Part shown: piece by piece, positions 62,794 through 64,000 of the stretch
Layout: every line of letters begins with the position of its first letter
How positions within the stretch are numbered: position 1 is the first letter of the stretch
Assembly: GCF_009834535.1 (NCBI RefSeq)
Contig: NC_045697.1
Coordinates: 40,054,001-40,118,000 of the forward strand
Source: Camelus ferus
Lineage: Eukaryota
Reading direction: 5' to 3'
DNA: 64,000 bases
Position numbers and translations under genes: made by a program
The notes under the pieces: generated by a model
What the model saw: the letters and a program-made list of their open reading frames with translations, nothing else
Databases searched by the model: none
What the model was told of the DNA's origin: nothing

Positions 62794-63094
62794 GGGACCA
62801 AAAGGAGGTCCCTTTGGCCCTCCAAACTTAGGTAGTGTTGTATCCAAAACCTTTGTTTTAATCCCATTAACATCTGTTTTATTTATTTCATTTCTTAACC
62901 ATCTAAAGATTTTTATCCTTTAAAATTTGTTGGGAAGAAGTCTCTAGACTTTCCCATCAGTTTTTTCTAGTTCCCCTGTTAATCCACCTAACTAACAGTT
63001 AATCTACTGTTTTTATTAGCATCTGTAAGTTTCACTGAAGGGAAACAGACTACAAATGCAGCTTCCCAAACTGATTTTTGTTGTTGTTTTTAAA

Positions 63095-64000
63095 ATTTAT
63101 TTTTATTTATTTATTTATTTATCATCTTTATCCTTTTTTTTAACACCTGTAGTGTGGTGTGATTCCTGTACAGTGAAATACACATATTTCAGATGTACAA
63201 CTTGATGAATTTTGATAGGTGTATACACCAGTGGAAACCATCACCACAATCAAGAGAGCTAACATTTCCATCACTCCCCAGGAGGTACAAATTTCGAATT
63301 CCCAGTTTATCCCTTCCCATCTCCTTTACCCCCTGGTAACCATAAGTTTGTTCTTTACGTCTGTGAGTCTGTTTTTGTTTTGTAAACAAGTTCATTCGTG
63401 TCTTTTTTTTTTCTTTTTTTAGATTCCACATATAAATGATATCATATGGTATTTTTCTTTCTCTTCATGGCTTTCTTCACTTAGAATGACAGCCTCCAGG
63501 TCCATCCAGGTTGCTGCAAATGGCATTATTTTATTCTTTTTATGGCTTAGTAGTATTCCATTGTGTACATATACCATATGTTCTTTATCCAGTCATCTGT
63601 TGATGGACATTTGGGTTGTTTCCATGTCTTAGCTATTGGAAATAGTGCTGCTGTGAACACTGGGGTGCATGTATCTTTTTCAATTATATTTTCCTCCAGA
63701 CATATGTCCAAGAGTAGGATTGCTGGATCAAATGGTAAGTTTATTTTTAGTTTTTTAAGGAACCTCCGTACTGTCCTCCATAGTGGCTGAACCAGTTTAC
63801 ATTCCCACCAGCAGTGTAGGAGGGTTCCCTTTTCCCCTCACCCTCTCCAGCATTTACCATACATGGACTTTTTAATAATGGCCATTCTGACTGTTGTGAG
63901 GTGATATCTCATTGTAGTTTTGATTTGCATTTCTCTAGCAATTAGTGATGTGCTTGTTGTCTATCTGTCTGTCTTCTTTAGAGAGGTGTCTATTTAGCTC
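63095..64000 (-). mobile_element. L1 3' region: L1MB-type tail (63095-63290) fused to a young camelid-type L1 3'UTR/ORF2 end (63291-64000, runs off window)
   Basis: 63291 onward matches the young L1 at 16.5-17.1 kb and 1-508; 63140-63290 is an L1MB-like terminus (tgtacaacttgatgaattttga..aaaccatcaccacaatcaaga). Confidence 0.85.

Larger units (their letters stand above)
57530..63085 (-). mobile_element. ERV1 (MER4-group-like) internal sequence, host of the nested provirus at 60124-62793
   Basis: Shares motifs with the 30.7-33.6 kb internal region (tttctagtgaaaactaagaagt at ~33488 and ~58447); continuous across the insert. Confidence 0.7.

Overview
Repeat-dense mammalian genomic DNA, very probably camelid: it carries a tRNA-Ala-derived Vic-1-type SINE and young camelid-type L1 3' tails. 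I find no credible intact protein-coding gene, RNA gene or CRISPR array. Most of the window is L1, L2, MIR, LTR/ERV and DNA-transposon fossils, often nested. The one clear gene-associated signal is a CpG island/promoter at ~51.68-52.2 kb, followed by plus-strand splice signals of a gene I could not identify. The most striking structure is a pair of old L1MC1-type 3' ends in inverted orientation (~19.74-20.88 kb and ~25.05-26.17 kb). They share a 609-bp core that is 100% identical by my base-by-base reading (19868-20476 vs reverse complement of 25441-26049), flanked by increasingly diverged sequence and enclosing a ~4.2-kb spacer with a full MER68 LTR. This pattern suggests recent or recurrent gene conversion and a possibly flippable inversion segment. 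Other notable items are an LTR-less ERVL gag-pro fragment inside an L1, a provirus nested in a homologous provirus, a near full-length L1MA9-like element with TSD, and a 49-bp micro-L1 insertion. Repeat subfamily names come from my recollection of consensus sequences, not from a search, and most boundaries are approximate.
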